Shown here in pieces: positions 48,519-59,047 of a stretch of DNA of 62,492 nt. Every line of letters begins with the position of its first letter. The stretch's first letter is position 1. The stretch is from positions 1 to 62,492 of the forward strand of contig MEDY01000148.1 in NCBI GenBank assembly GCA_001724265.1, given 5' to 3'. The notes below the pieces were generated by a model that worked only from the letters and a program-made list of their open reading frames with translations, was not told the DNA's origin and made no database searches. The position numbers and the translations under genes are program-made. Source of the DNA: Rhizaria sp. SCN 62-66 (lineage: Eukaryota).

Positions 48519-49249
48519 GGCAACCGATGTTAGCTGTGTTAACACGCGGCGCTGAATTGGTATCTTATCCGGGTCATGCTCGGCTTTGTGTCTGTTTGAG
48601 TCATATTCTTATTTCCGATCGACCTAGCAACGCACGCGTTCGCTGAGGTAATACTACTTTCTACGATGAAACGTAACGCGGTATAGTTGGTACGTATGTT
48701 GGGGGCTGCTTTGAGTGAGTATACATAGGTTCTAGAAACATATTAATACAATCTATAGTTTGATATTTAACGATAAGCTTACCATCGTTGCGTCAGTCAT
48801 ACGTACTTTACACATTACATGTACTCGTCATACAACACACGCTTTTTCATGTTGCGAAATAACGTCCTTTACTCTTTAGATCACGTCCACAACGAGCTTA
48901 CATACGACGCGGTGACCATGTTGGATTGAAACATGTTTGTGTATTCTACTAAAAAGCCATAATCATGACTGGCACTGCAAACGCTTGGTCGAACGCGTTG
49001 CATGACCAGTCCGACCATATTGCATCCTCCCGCATGTAGTGCGCCAGTACGTAAGTAGATACTGGCCAGATACAAGCTGTACATCGACGTATCATCGTGT
49101 GCGTGTCGAGTCGCTCATGTACAATGATACATTATATAAGAAATAGTGGTTCTGCGTCCGTTAATGCATAGATTACATAACATCACAAAGACACAGCTCT
49201 GGGTATAACACCGTCACATCAGAGTCGCGCTGGCACGGCTCGCATTCGC

Positions 49250-52200
49250 TCACGCGGAGGCCTCCTTCTTCTTGGTGGTGGCGCTGGCGTCGTTGGTGTT
49301 GGCACTGCCCTCGTAGTCGTCCTCGTCCTCGGTCTCCTCGAAGCTCGACACGTACGAGGACGAATCAGACGCGGAGATCTCGGAGCCAGACTCGGAGTCG
49401 GTCACGCCAGGGCGGTTGCCCCACTGCTGCTTGGCGACCTTAAACTCAGACAGCGCGTACCCGTCGTGCTCGTTGATGGCGCGGGCGAGCGCGGCGAAAG
49501 GACGCGCCTGGCGGTCCATGTTGCGCAGCCAGCGGCGCGTGGTGCGCTTGTTGTGCGAGCGCATGTTACGCCACACGAGCGGGAAATTGCTCATGTTGGT
49601 GAAGTTCTGCGTGTACGCAATCGTGTCGTCGACGTTGATCACAGCGTGCCACCACCCCGACGGCACGAAGATCGTCTCGCCAGGGTACTGGATGAACTCG
49701 CAGAAGCCGTAGCCGTCGGCCAGCTCGTCCCACTTGATCATCTTGGCCTTGGCCAGCGCGCGAGCGCGGTCGGCCGCGCTTACTTCATTGCTGTTGGCGG
49801 CCGTCGCGGCGTCGGCCTCGTCGTCCGCGGCGTCGCCGTTCGTAGCAGCACAACCGGCGGCACTCGAGTCCGCGTCAGCGCTGTTGCTCGAGAAGACGTC
49901 GCCGCCCGTGACGCCGTCACGCATGTCGCGCGCGTCGACCGACAAAAACGGGTCGTTGAGCCCGAAGTCGTCGTCCGCGGTGACAGAGGACCAGAGCTTG
50001 AAATCGGGAGCGCTGCCGTCGGCGCCGGAGAGGGATCCCGCGGGGAACATGGTGTGCTTGGCGGCCTCGGAGGTGGGGAACGCAGTCTTCTCGTCGATCG
50101 TCTAAAAGTAAAATTGCAAAAAAAAAAAATATTTGATATATCAGTTGGAGTCGTGATAAATGTGCATAAAGCTACGTGGTTTTAATGACTATGAATAATT
50201 ATGTTGCTAAAAGTGTATCTAAGCAAAATATATGCATGATATTATATTTTTCAAGAAAGTTTGTCACATTGTTCGCGAAGGTTGTGTGTGTACGTACGGG
50301 AAGACCGGCGGCGGCCTGGCGCTGATTGTAGAGGCGGACCTCGCGCTTGCGCTCACGCTCCTGGATCCACTTGCGCAGACGCGGCAGCACCGACGTGAAC
50401 CAGTGCACAGCCTGGTGGGAGAAAAACAAAACGAAACGGAAATGCGTGAAGTCAGATTTGACAGGATAGAGGTAGGATTACACATCAAAACTCAAGCATC
50501 AAATAACATAACAGGGGAACACAGTCGATTATACCAGGGACATTTTAAGAAGCGTTGAGATACTGTGTTTAATCTCTTGTGTTTGAAGAACTTACCTGGG
50601 GGTTGCCGCGGACGCCGAGCTCGGCGACCTCACCGGGGGTCATCACGATGTGACCCTTGGCGATGTTAGTCGGGATTCCGGGCTTCATGAGCACCCAGCG
50701 CTTGCGGCCCGTGGTGGACATGTTCCACGCCGAAGTGCAGCGCGGATCAAGGTGCATGCGCGTGCCGGACCGGCGGGGACCGATCAGCGTCCACTGGTAC
50801 GGCGGGCGCGAGCGCTGCGGGATCACGTCCGTCACAAGGTCCTGCGCGACGAATAAACGCAAAAACAAAGAATATAGAGTACAAGGTAATATTGCGGTGA
50901 GATAAAAGCTGATACATGGGTCGAAAGTAACGATTCATGTTTACCAGTAAATTTCAGTCAGACAGCAGCTGTCTTGTTGCACTAAATTGGTTTACGCTTT
51001 GTTTCCGGCTTTGCAGCGGCATTGACGGACCTGGCGGAAGAAGGAGGGCACACGGTAGAGACTGAGAATGGGCTTGGAGATCGCGCAGCGGTCAAGCGAG
51101 TCCTCGAATAGATACAGCGGCGAATCGTCCTTGTTCCCGCGCATGTACTGCAGAAACACCTTGAGCTTAGCGCGCAGAGTCTCACCGTCGTCGTCGTCGC
51201 CGAGGCGGAAAAGCGCCTCCGCGAAGGGGGTCTTTTTCAGGTACTCAGGGGTCCAGAAGTGCGCGGGGTACCGCGCGTCCTCGGGCCGCGCGGGCTTGAC
51301 GTAGGTGTAGCTCTTGGCGGCCAGGGCGCGGGTGGGGTCCTGCGCAGGTACGTGAGAGAAAACAAAATAATGTAGATATGACGCAATTGTAAGTGAATCG
51401 ACAAAAAATATGATGCGAAACATATAACACATATCGACCCATGCTTCGACAAAAAAAAATGTCCTATCTCGATTACAAGGAGATAAATCTGATTTAAGTA
51501 GTAGTAGAGAAGACGTACCTGGGGCGCAGCGTGGCCCTCCTGGGAGTAAAGAGGGGAGAGGTAGCCCTCAGGGGCGCCAGTCTCGGCCAGCTCGATCATG
51601 CCCGTGATCATCAGGGGCTTGTTCACCTAAGAGTGTGACAACGCACATTATAATGGCAGTTATTTAACCGGAGAGAATAAGCAAGGAGGACAGTTTTGGA
51701 TCGAAACATGTTAAGTTCAAGGTAAAAGCTGACAAACTAATGTACGAAGATAATGAATCACAGAAATGCGCTACAAACAAACTGTAGCTTTAAGCCCAGA
51801 CTTGATCAATTGCGAGTGTTTGTGTGGGTATTTGAGTGAATGAAGTGGCGACGTACCTCCTCGTATGCCATGCGGCACAGGCGGCGCGTGAGCAGCGCGG
51901 CGGGCCACCTGTCAATCGAGCCGATATACGACTTGGCGTCGGGGATCACCCCGTGCAGCGGCACCGCAGGGGGAAACCCCAGCACCGAGTCGCCCTTGTC
52001 CTTGGGCTGTGGGGTTGCCGAGTTGCTGGCGTCAGCAGCGCCGGTGGAGTGCAGCGCGGCGCCGATGGGGGTGCCCTTGAACGCCGCGGTGTCGGCCTTG
52101 GTCAGGTCGGTGGGGACACCGGCATAGTCGTGCGTGTAGCCTTCCGGCAGCGTGGAGAAGCGGGCAGTGATAACGCCGGCGGCGAGCGCGCGGCGCTGGA

Positions 52201-52632
52201 GCTGGTCCTGGTGCAGTGCGTCCACAAGAGCAAGACGGCGAAGGTCGGCAGCCTGCGCAGCGTCGTAAGTCGCGGCGTAGTTGTGCTTGGTCCAGAACGG
52301 CAGAGGGTCGTCGCTGCGGTGGCGCACCTTGATGTACTCGGTCTGCGCGTGCACGAGCTCGTACGGGATGTCGTCGGAATAGCCTAAAATAAACGGCGAT
52401 AGAGATAAAGATAGCGTGGTAGATAGTTGTTTAGTTGCAGCCGCAATAGGCACAGTTGTACGCGGATCGGGCTTTGTTTAGATAATCTTAGACATGAATT
52501 TGGGAAGGAGGTGGATGAGTGACGGGAGAGAAGGCGCTGAGACATACCAGTGACGCCCTCGAAATCGGGGCGCGGCTGAGCCTTCATAGCCGCGGCCTTA
52601 GCCTCATCGGCAGAAGCCTTCTTCGACTGCAT
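49250..52632 (-). CDS. JMJD6: JmjC 2-oxoglutarate oxygenase JMJD6/PSR; exons 52632-52548, 52383-51857, 51626-51519, 51339-51031, 50841-50596, 50411-50298, 50101-49250
   Basis: DDSPLYLFED, RPPYQWTLIGPRRSGTRMHLDP (HxD), TSAWN, GRKRWVL, QYPGETIFVPSGWWHAVINVDDTIAYTQNF, Ser/acidic tail. TGA stop. Confidence 0.92.
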
Positions 52633-53179
52633 CGTGCGAGGGGCTAGAAAGCGAACAAGATCAAGAGCGAAGCAGAGAATGGTGGCGGCGGTGAGCAATA
52701 GCAAAGTGACCCCACGTGGGTTTCGTCCAGATCATCGAAAAGACAAATATAGACACAAAGAACGAATGTGATACAGAAACCAAAAACATTACAAATTGAG
52801 ACACTTTGCCTTAAAGTCAGTTGCATTCCATAATACAACATTTGACGCTTCAATCCAGTAGCGCACTTACTTGCAAAAAACGCATTGAAGACCGAGCGAG
52901 CAAGGATTTGCGGCAAACTAAAAGGATTACTTCGTCCTGAAGCCCGGGGTCAACTCTCGAAAGTGTTCGCAAAACATTGACGCTGCCACAGAATCTCCGT
53001 TAACCCAAAAGGTACATCGATTTCCGAATTCTAATGTGCCTTCGCTGCTATCAATCAAAAGTTTATCATTTCAACTTCCTGCCTATCTCACCTATTCCAC
53101 GTCCTCATCCACTCGCCTCTCACTCTCTTCGTCAGTTCCGCAACAGCTCCCTCAAGACCCCTCTCGCCGCGCGCCCGCC

Positions 53180-56100
53180 ATGTCTTCCGACAACGACGAC
53201 ACCGCGCCCGTCCTCATGACCGACTCCGCCAGTGCCTTGGCTGCTGAGTCGCAGCAGCAACAGCAGCAGCAGGGCCGCAAGAAGGAGAAAGAGACGTTCA
53301 TGACCAACTCGTTCGACCTTTACTTTCTCGCTCCCGTCGACGTCCCGCACTTCCAGGAGCTTCTCGTACGTCAACAGCACCGATATATCACTGTATTGCA
53401 ACACCGTAACGTGCGAAATTGAGGCAATACTGCTCTAAACACTCAAGGTTTGGTACATCATGTCTTGATAATCTTGCAATACCAATTCTCATCCACTTTT
53501 AACTCGTCGTTATCGTTTTCTTTGCTTGCTAACCATCGACGTTCGTATCGCAGAACAAGATGTACGCCAAGAAGGCCGTTCCGAAGCAGCTGACCGCGTT
53601 CAACCGCACCCTCCGCAAGCTCCAGTCAAGCTCTAACCCCGGCGCGCCGAAAGAGGCCGCCCTGCTCAAAGAGCGCATCGCGGCCTTCGAGACCTTGGCC
53701 CCGATGGCCGTGACGAAGCTAGCGTGGGCGCGGCACGTTGGCAAGCAACCCGCGGCGGCGCTGACGGCCGACGACTGCGCGGCGGGCGCGGACGTAGCGC
53801 TGGTGAACAAACTCGTGCAACCGCTCATTGTCAGCAAGGATATGCTGGCGGCGATCAGTAAGCTCAACAGCAAGGTGCGCAAGACGACGCGGTTCGTGAA
53901 AAAGGTCGAGAGCAAGAAGAAGCAGCGTGAGGCCAACAAGGCGGAGCGCGAGGGCACCGCGGCCCCCGCCAAGACCAAGGCCTCCACCAAGGACAAAGAC
54001 GCTAAGGTCGAGAAGAAGGACAAAAAGGACAGGAAGGAGTCTAAGGAGTCCAAGGACGCTAAGGTGGACAAGAAGGAGAAGAAGGACAAGAAGGACAAGG
54101 CCTCATCTGCTGACGCTATGGCCGACGGTGAGTCTAAGCCTGCTGCTGCCAAGAAGGACAAGAAAGACCTGAACAAGAGTAAGATGTCCGACAGTGCTGA
54201 CGCCAATGCTGAGGCTAAGGGCACCGACCGCGACAGTGACTCTGATAGCTCAGACTCTGATAGCTCAGACAGCTCTGATAGCTCTGATTCTGATTCTGAC
54301 TCTGATAGTTCCAGCTCTAGCGACTCCAGCTCTGACAGCGACTCCGACTCAGACTCTGACTCTGACGACGATGACAGTGACAAGAGCAAGCCCGCGTCCG
54401 CCGCGACTGCAAAGAAGAAGGCGAAGCAGACGGACGCGGAGCGCGAGACTGCCGCCCTGGCGCGCCTGTACAAACACCTCGCTCCGGGCACCGTGATCCG
54501 CGCCGTCGTCCACGGCACGGCCGACTTCGGCGTTTTCATCACCACCGTCGTCCGCGGCGTGCCCGTCAAGGCGCTGGTCCACGTCGCCGAGGCCGCCAAG
54601 CGCTCCGAGCCGGGCGCGCCGCCCGTGTCCGTCGACTTGCTCAAGCGCAAGTACCAGAAGGGCGACCGCGTGTCGGCCGTGGTCCTCTCCACCGACGCCG
54701 AGAAGCAGCGCGTCGCGTGCTCGTTTGCGCGCGCACGGTTCCCTGAGGGCGTGCACCACCACCACGTGTCGGCGCGCGCGCTCGCTATCAAGGAGCTTCA
54801 GGTGCGTTCACAGACGAGATTTCACCAGTACAACAAACCGCGATGTGGATTTTAAACATCAATGATAATCCTAAATTGCAGTTTCTATTGTTAGAACACG
54901 TGTTATTTCGTTGTATCTCACATTATTCTAACTCAATATATTTTTATGTTCGTGTTTGTTATTTTTTTTGCACATGTGTAGGCCAAGGACAAGCAGTTCG
55001 AGAACAAGCACTGGTCGCGGCAGTCTGCGGCTGCGCGTGCTGCTCTCAACACCGCCGCGCGCGAAGCCGGCGCCGTGTCGACTATCGACGACGGCTCGAC
55101 GGACATCTACGTCGGCTCGCTCAACGCCGCGATCGCGGGCGAAAACAGCGACGACGAGGACGACAACGTGTACATGCATGAGATCCACCCGATGCACCTG
55201 TACCGCATCTCGCTCGCGCTTCTCATGCGCCTGCAGGGCGGCAAGGCCGCGACGGGCGGCAAGCGGCTCGGCCAGCGCGACCGCCGCAAGCTCGCGGCCG
55301 AGTTTTTCGGTCTTAACTTCGCCGAAGTCGAGGACAAGATCCGTCGCACGCAGGAGTGGGCGGACAAGCAGCGCCAGCAGCGGCTTGAGCAGTCTGCCGC
55401 GACACTCATCGCGGAGGCGGAGCACGACCCCGCCGCCGCCGCGGCCGCCGCGCGCGCCGCGGAGGCCGCGCTGCGCGCGAGTGAGAACGGCGGCGCGGCG
55501 GGCGGCGCGCAGTTGCGCTGGGTGACCGACTACGCGGGCGGCGTGCGTCTGGCGAAGCGCGGCGAGGAGACTGCGGCCGCCAAGGTGTCGCGCGCATACA
55601 ACCTCGTGCGCGACCGCAAGAAGGAGGAGGCCGAGCAGCGCAAGATGGGCGACGGCGGCGGCGACCACGACAACGACGGCGACGACGGTCACGGCCACGG
55701 TGTGGGATCTAAGGGGGGCCGGTCTAAGGGCCGCGCTGAGCCCATCGAGGTGAGTCCCGCGGTTGCCGCCGCGCTGAAGAAGGCGCAGATCGCTACCGAG
55801 CTCGCGGCCGCCGAGGCCAAGGCCAAGGCCGCCGCCGCAGCGTCATCCTCCGCCACCGCGGCCCCCGCGAGCTCCGCCGTAAGTACTTCAAGCGCGTCTA
55901 AGGGTGTCGTCAACAGCGAGCGCGCGGCGCTTATCGCAGCGGGGGCCGCGGGCGTCAACGTTAGCGGTGGCCGCGACCGCGTCATGGGCGACCGCGACCA
56001 ATATGGTGGCAGCGCATACGGGAACAACTTCCGTAACAGCGGCAGCGGTGCTGGCCCTTACGGCTCCGGTGCCCCACGCGACCGCAGTGACCGCGACCGT

Positions 56101-56778
56101 GGCTACGACCGTGAGCAGCGCGGTGACCGTGAGCAGCGCGGTGACCGTGAGCGCGGTGCGCGGCCGAGTGACCGTGAGCGTGAGCAGCGTGAGCGTGAGG
56201 AGAAGCGTGAGCGCGTGCGCGTCGACGGCGGCGACAGCTTCTTCGCTGCCCCCCGCGGCGGCGGCGGCTACGGCGGCTTCGGTGGCGGTGAGCGTCAGTA
56301 CAAGCTCGATGTGCGTTTCTCGCAAAGTAGCCGTTTCAGCAACGATAAGATTGACGACCCCGCGCTCGAGTACCACAACTCCGTCGTCGTCAACCAGTCC
56401 CGCTTCAACAACGGATACGGCAACGACCGCTTAGGCGGTGGCCGCTATGGCGTGACCTACGGCGCGAGCTCTGGGCGTGAACGCGGCGACCGCAACGCGG
56501 GTGACCGTAATGCCAGTGACCGTAATGAGACCCCCGAGGCCGCGGCGGCGCGGAAAGAAGCCGCTCACGCCGCGCGCGCTGTTGAGAAGGCGGCCAACGT
56601 CGCCGCGTGGGAGGCTAAACAGCAGAAGGCCGCCGAGGAGCGGCTCAAGTCGATGGGACATGCGCAGCAGAACACGTTTGACGCCGAGAACGCCAAGTTG
56701 CACCCCTCGTGGGCCGCCAAGCAGAGGGCCAACCTGCCCAAGGCCGACGCGGGCGAGGCCAAGAAGGTCAAGTTCTAA
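53180..56778 (+). CDS. BUD22/SRFBP1-like protein with internal S1 RNA-binding domain (~1,076 aa); exons 53180-53365, 53554-54801, 54982-56778
   Basis: C-terminal LHPSWAAKQR...GEAKKVKF is the BUD22/SRFBP1 signature. S1 fold LAPGTVIRAVVHGTADFGVFI...ALVHVAE...YQKGDRVSAVVLSTDAEKQRVACSF. Lys-rich, SD-repeat and RG/RE tracts. TAA stop. Confidence 0.75.
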
Positions 56779-56790
56779 CCGTAAGCGTAA

Positions 56791-56834
56791 CATAGGTATG
56801 GTCATACCTATGGTCATACTATGACCATAGTATG
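56791..56834. repeat. Three overlapping perfect inverted repeats just after the stop codon
   Basis: 56791-56800/56803-56812, 56808-56817/56821-56830 and 56815-56823/56826-56834 are exact reverse complements. Confidence 0.9.
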
Positions 56835-57289
56835 TTGTTTTGTCTGATATTCGGATTGGTATAGTTTTATTATTAGTTAACATACAGAAAGTAGTCTAGA
56901 TTTAATGTGTAATATTGCTCAAATTGTTTTAAAAAAATGTCTGATAGCAGCGTGTATCCCATGTTATTTACTAAAACCATGCACTAGTGGTGAGATTGTT
57001 GGACAGCGTTAGGGAGCAGAGCCTCTTTTTGCAAAGCGCAATACATCATGATTAGATGGCTGATCGGTCTCAACCATATTTTTTTTTACATTATTCAACT
57101 GTGTATTTTTGGCGTTCTCAATACCATGTACTGATAATAGTTCGCTTGCGCCGTGGAAGATCCTGTATCCACAGTATTAACTTCGAGTAAATGTAGATAC
57201 GACATATTTTCAATTAAAAGCGTTCATAGAAGCGCTCACAGAACAGCAACGCATAGATTTTGCGGCACTTATTTTCAGTATCCTCGATC

Positions 57290-57880
57290 ACGTGGTACAG
57301 GCGGGCCGTATATACATTGCGGCGACAGTGTCAGCACTGTCGAGCGTGTGTATAACGCGTCACAGGACGAAATTCAGGCCCTCGGCGCGCTGTTGTGGTA
57401 TCTATGGGCAACTAAGGACTACAAGCTGTTGCTTTAAATCACGGGCATGTCCCAGGATAACGTTGTCGTATACGCTAACGCGTCACACGCGACAATGCGC
57501 ATGGGCCGCTCTCATATGGGTTACATCGTTAAGATCGCGGGCATGCCTATGATATGGCGCTACTCAATCCAGAAGAGTGTCGCGCGTTCACCCAAGGTTT
57601 CGGAACCGCGCGCGCTGTCAGAGGCTACAGAGGCGGCATTATGGACCAAAGATGTGTTTGAGTGGCTTGGCTGCAAGACAAAGAGCCCGGTGCATGCTCA
57701 CACTGACAACATGCCCACGGTAATGCTGTTACAGAGGCCGGTGACGGGCAAACCCAGCAGTTATGACTGCATTCAAGACGCGCGCTATGTGTTCGAGTGT
57801 GTGGACAAGGAGCAAGTCAAGGTGCAGTACGTGCAGGCTAAGCACAACAAGGCTGACATTATAACCAAGGCTCTCAAACC
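57290..57880 (+). mobile_element. Degenerate Ty1/copia retrotransposon fragment (end of RT plus RNase H)
   Basis: ALGALLWYLWATKDYKL, then VYANASHA...RSHMGYIVKIAGMPMIWRYSIQKSVARS...TDN...VKVQYVQAKHNKADIITKAL follow the copia RT-RNase H consensus. Frameshifted, first catalytic Asp replaced by Asn, no LTR seen. Confidence 0.8.
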
Positions 57881-59047
57881 GGGCACACTGGTCAGACAGA
57901 CGGACAGGAGATACATCGCGTGCTCGTCATTGGCCGCCGTCGCAATCTTGTGCAGCGTCCGCGCGCCGTGCTCGGGGTCGTGCCGAACGCCGACGCCCAG
58001 CACGTAGTGCATCGCCAGCTCCGCGCGACCCGCGGGGCGGCCCGTCGCGTCCGCGCCCATGGCAAAGCGGAACGAGTCGTCATGGTCCTTGGGCTGGCCA
58101 TAAAGGCCCTTGTAGCTAACCTCCGAAAGCAGAATAAGCGCCCACACGTCGCCCGCGTTGGCGGCAATGCGCAGCTAGCATGTGTCGGTCGCGGAATTGC
58201 ATGTTTCGACGAGGTGCTTGCCAAGGGTCACTTGCACTTCGGTCACACCCGCCTCGACCGCAGCCTTCGTGTGCAGCATCAAGCGCTCGCTCTTGCCGTA
58301 ATACGCCACTGCGGGGCCATAGAAGCCGTCGCCCTCGGCATATTGCCCAGATCGCAGCATCAGCGTGTGTCCAAGCGTGGCGTCCGGCTTGAGGGCCAAA
58401 CTGACCATAGTACGTCACACGGCCGTATGTATACATGACAGCCAGTTCGCCCTTCTCCACGCCGCACCGCAGCCACGCCAAGATGTCAACGTTCTTCCGA
58501 TCCCTGAGTTGCGCCAGAACGCCCGTCTCAACGCTGTGCGCAAAGATGGCCGCCACGCGCCCTCCGCGCGCTGGTGGCCAGCGGCGATGGCGGCGTGCAG
58601 GCTTTGCTCGGCATCGTCGAGGTCGAGCTAGCACGACATCAGCCACAGCGCATACTCGTAGCTGCCGTTGGCGCTCAGCGCGGCCAGACTCTTCATCCAC
58701 TTCTTGGCGCCGGTAATGCTATAGCGGCCGAGCTCGGGCCGCACACAGCTCTGCGCCATCTTGCGGATCGCCGCCGGGTGGCCCAGCTTAGCCGCGTCGC
58801 CCACGATCCCCAGCACCTCTTGCAGGTCGCCGCTTGTGGGCGAGCTGGCCAGTAGCGCGGGCCCAATCTCGAACAGCTCCTGCGCCTTGGCGGACGGCGC
58901 CGGCGGCTGCAACGGCAGGGCGGATGCGTTGCGCTGCACGAGGAGCGGTTTTGCCGTTGCAATCGGCTGTGACTGTGCAAAGTAATCGTTCTTGGCCTGC
59001 TGCTTTTGCTGCTGCTGTTGCTGCTGCTGCTGTAGCCTTTGCTGCAT
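57880..59047 (-). pseudogene. Decayed Sel1-like repeat region, in frame with the upstream kinase
   Basis: DAAKLGHPAAIRKMA, AWLRCGVEKGELAVMYTYG, *LRIAANAGDVWA, LAMHYVLGVGVRHDPEHG. TAG 58628 and 58175, two compensating frameshifts near 58560 and 58395, truncated at the copia fragment. Confidence 0.7.
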
